A model generated the notes under the pieces. The model was not told where the DNA came from. It ran no database searches and saw only the letters and a program-made list of their open reading frames with translations. Made by a program: the position numbers and the translations under genes. A stretch of 62,427 bases of DNA, filler included, from Asterionella formosa (lineage: Eukaryota), in NCBI GenBank assembly GCA_002256025.1. It is 16 parts of 16 records of this genome, joined end to end, with 100 filler letters (N's around TTAATTAATTAA, not from the genome) between each part and the next. Parts side by side here need not be neighbours in the genome. Positions count along the whole stretch, not along the records: positions 58,384 to 60,355 come from NKIB01000736.1; positions 60,456 to 62,427 come from NKIB01000737.1; 14 more parts are not named here. One strand, given 5' to 3'. The number at the start of each line of letters is the position of its first letter. Within the stretch, counting starts at the first letter, position 1. Shown here in pieces: positions 60,010 to 62,427 of this stretch.

Positions 60010-60355
60010 GACATTGATATCCCAATATTTATTGCATATCTGTAATCAAAGGAATATTTGATATCACATCATGTTGGAAAAACCAGCCATATTCCTGGTG
60101 AAATACGCCATGTACTATAAAAAGTTACTCGAGCTGCATATGATACAGCTGCAAAACATGTATCCACGATATTATGAGCTTGAAATTCCTTGATTGGAGG
60201 ATGAGCCATTAACATAACTCGTAGACTGTTACTGATAGATTGTTGTAAACTTTCACAGATAGCATTTGTTTGTGGATTCTTGACTGTAATAGCCCCATTT
60301 TTAATTCCATTCAACACTAACATGTGTATGAAAGGAATACCAGTAAATTCAGCTC
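60010..60355 (-). mobile_element. Degenerate Ty3/gypsy integrase fragment
   Basis: EFTGIPFIHMLVLNGIK..TVKNPQTNAICESLQQSISNSLR...IVDTCFAA..YAAR...ISPG. Confidence 0.7.
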
Positions 60356-60455
60356 NNNNNNNNNNNNNNNNNNNNNNNNNNNNNNNNNNNNNNNNNNNNT
60401 TAATTAATTAANNNNNNNNNNNNNNNNNNNNNNNNNNNNNNNNNNNNNNNNNNNN

Positions 60456-60749
60456 TCTTCGATCAATTTCACTGATCCAAGATTACCATCATCCTTGAGA
60501 AATCAAAGCCCCGGTGTCTTTGCAATTATTCACTCTTGTAAATATGCCTCAGAACCTTTGCACAACTACTCAAGGTTGCTGTTAGGGGCTGATCTCACAT
60601 TGGATCGACATGGAAACAAAGGACTTTTGTTTGTTCCCGTGGATTGCATTCATTCTCCTGCTGTTGTTGTTCCTAATTTAGGAGCCTCTCCAGGTAAGGT
60701 GATTCAAATCAAGCCGCAGTCTGCCTGGGCATCCCTATTCCATTTTTGA
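60456..60749 (+). mobile_element. C-terminal fragment resembling Plavaka/CACTA-like transposase ends
   Basis: LFVPVDCIHSPAVVVPN...IKPQSAWASLF*; weak resemblance from memory only. Confidence 0.3.
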
Positions 60750-61049
60750 TTTGCTGGTTGATGCGATTGCATAAAGCAATCTATGAAAGAAATGTTAAGA
60801 AAAAATTTGTAGTTGATGATGTGGAAACGATTAATATTACTACAAAACCAACAAAAAAGGGAAGTAAGGTAACATATAATTATCAATTTTTATAGAAATC
60901 ATTAATCTCCTTGATTCATTAGTAAGGTATTAGGAGATGCTAAACATTCACTCATTTACTCACAATGCAGATTCATAGTCAGAATCAATCACTTTGGACT
61001 TGTCCTCCTCATCTAACTTGGAATCCGATCTTTCAACACCAGTAGAGTT

Positions 61050-62427
61050 TTAACAACTAGTTGAGGACACAGCATAAGACGAGGTTTCAGAGGAGGATGG
61101 GGTTGTAGATGGAGAACGTAAAAGATTCTCGCCATCGGCAGGGACATGGATGAGAACTTTTCCTGGGATGGAAACATTCTCAGAGAGAATAGAATATTTT
61201 TGAAGGCCTTTTTTGGGCATCGTATTACCTTTTTCTTTTCGAGCAACATTAACTTCATTCTTTGCAAAGAAAGGTGGGACAGTAGGTTGGATTTTTTTGA
61301 CAGATTTTTCAACAGATTTGAGAAATTCCAAAGAAGGACCATCCTCGGAGACATTGGAACTATCTTCGTCTTGGCTTTGTGAATTCAGCTTGCTGGTGTG
61401 CTCTGTTGGAGGCACAGGTTTGGGTACCGGTTTGATATGATCCTTCTTCTGGAGAATAAGACGAAGTCTACCCTTCGTGACCTCATCATCCTTCTTGTCG
61501 ACCGCAGGCACCTCCTTCACACTTGATTTCTGAACAGACTTGAGAAATTCCAAAGAAGGAACATCCTCTGAGAGAATGGAACTATCTTCGTCGTCTTTGC
61601 CTTGCGGAATCACTCTGGTGGTATGCTGAATCACTCTGGTGATATGCTTGGATGGAGGCACAGGTTTCAGACCAGGTTGGACATGATCCTGCTGGAGGGA
61701 GATAGAATGTGGGAGCTTGATGATAGACCAGGTTTCACCTAAAGTTTCATCTGTGTTCCTATCTCGCTGGAGGGTAAGATGTGGACCCTTCTCGACCTGC
61801 TTATGATCCTTGCCGTTGATCCCAAGCAACTTCATATTCGATTTTTCAACAGACTTGAGAAATTCCATCGAAGGACCAGCATCTGAGGCATCCTCTGAGG
61901 CGATGGAAATATCTTCTTCGTCTTTGCCTTGTCGATTAGCCTTGGTGGTGTGCTTTGTTGAGGCCACAGGTTTGAGGGCAGGGTCCAATACTGGAGGTGC
62001 TGGTCGATGAACAAAAACCACAGTGGCATTGCCACTGTTTTCCTTACGCGCATTTTTCTCTGATTGAGCTGCTGATTCAAGAACTGAATCATTAGTATTT
62101 GAATCATAATTCTTGGTGCTCCGGTCAAATCTCAAGTGGACAGGATTTTTGACTGGACTAGAAATATTGTTAAGCAAAGCTGGTGGAGTTGGGACCACAG
62201 CTTCTTTGGCCTTTACAATGTTCTTTTCCTTGGAAGAAATCAAGGTTTCTTGCTCGATGTTTTTACGCCCCTCATTGTTAATGTTGGTCAAAGGTGGTGA
62301 AGGTAGGACCTGAACATCAACAATTCTCTTGGAGTCAAACCTGTTGGAAACGCCAAAAGTAGGGTCTTGAAAACTGTGCATCCACTTTGCACTCTCTTTC
62401 ACACCCTTGTTCCCAGTGAGAGGCGAC
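61050..62427 (-). CDS. 5'-truncated hydrophilic protein with three internal repeats, function unknown
   Basis: 450-aa ORF; unit KPV..KH.T...QGKDEED.S..SED.PS(L/M)EFLKSVEKS occurs three times. Confidence 0.55.
   Translation of the reverse strand, partial: SPLTGNKGVKESAKWMHSFQDPTFGVSNRFDSKRIVDVQVLPSPPLTNINNEGRKNIEQETLISSKEKNIVKAKEAVVPTPPALLNNISSPVKNPVHLRFDRSTKNYDSNTNDSVLESAAQSEKNARKENSGNATVVFVHRPAPPVLDPALKPVASTKHTTKANRQGKDEEDISIASEDASDAGPSMEFLKSVEKSNMKLLGINGKDHKQVEKGPHLTLQRDRNTDETLGETWSIIKLPHSISLQQDHVQPGLKPVPPSKHITRVIQHTTRVIPQGKDDEDSSILSEDVPSLEFLKSVQKSSVKEVPAVDKKDDEVTKGRLRLILQKKDHIKPVPKPVPPTEHTSKLNSQSQDEDSSNVSEDGPSLEFLKSVEKSVKKIQPTVPPFFAKNEVNVARKEKGNTMPKKGLQKYSILSENVSIPGKVLIHVPADGENLLRSPSTTPSSSETSSYAVSSTSC

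Larger units (their letters stand above)
31303..60455. other. Fifteen artificial 100-nt contig linkers (N44-TTAATTAATTAA-N44) starting at 31303, 33381, 35459, 37540, 39616, 41692, 43768, 45843, 47917, 49991, 52065, 54139, 56212, 58284, 60356
   Basis: Identical N-padded six-frame-stop spacer; intervening contigs are 1972-1981 nt and roughly size-sorted. Confidence 0.97.

Noticed and set aside
31303..60455. Regularly spaced TTAATTAATTAA repeats as a CRISPR-like or biological array
   Set aside because: N-padded six-frame-stop linkers joining size-sorted contigs; an assembly artefact.

Overview
Eukaryotic nuclear DNA, most likely from a diatom (short GT-AG introns, mitochondrial urea-cycle OTC, ASAFAP-like plastid presequences, diatom-type copia elements); family calls are by motif recognition, with no database search. 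The window is an artificial concatenation: one gene-dense contig (1-31302) followed by 15 unrelated ~1.97-1.98 kb contigs joined by 100-nt N44-TTAATTAATTAA-N44 linkers, so adjacency across linkers is meaningless. The long contig has about 14 genes: a Pro/Thr-repeat protein, a PH-like protein, an M41-like pseudo-protease, DUF1989, a 1-Cys peroxiredoxin, COX20, a small membrane protein, an LRR protein, a TLC protein, OTC, a UBE2Q-like pseudo-E2, a ferredoxin-MBL fusion, DUS1 and a double-GT31 glycosyltransferase, plus a decaying tRNA-Pro array. The short contigs hold fibrillarin, a CRT-like transporter, copia/gypsy/pogo fragments, MITE-like elements and a bacterial-looking DUF11 repeat protein. 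Most interesting: (1) a pogo-like transposon carrying a convergent second ORF; (2) dense intergenic TA-CC(W)GG-TA arrays, possibly stacked transposon footprints; (3) CpG-deamination decay of tRNA copies; (4) several enzymes lacking catalytic residues; (5) a GC-AG intron in the peroxiredoxin.
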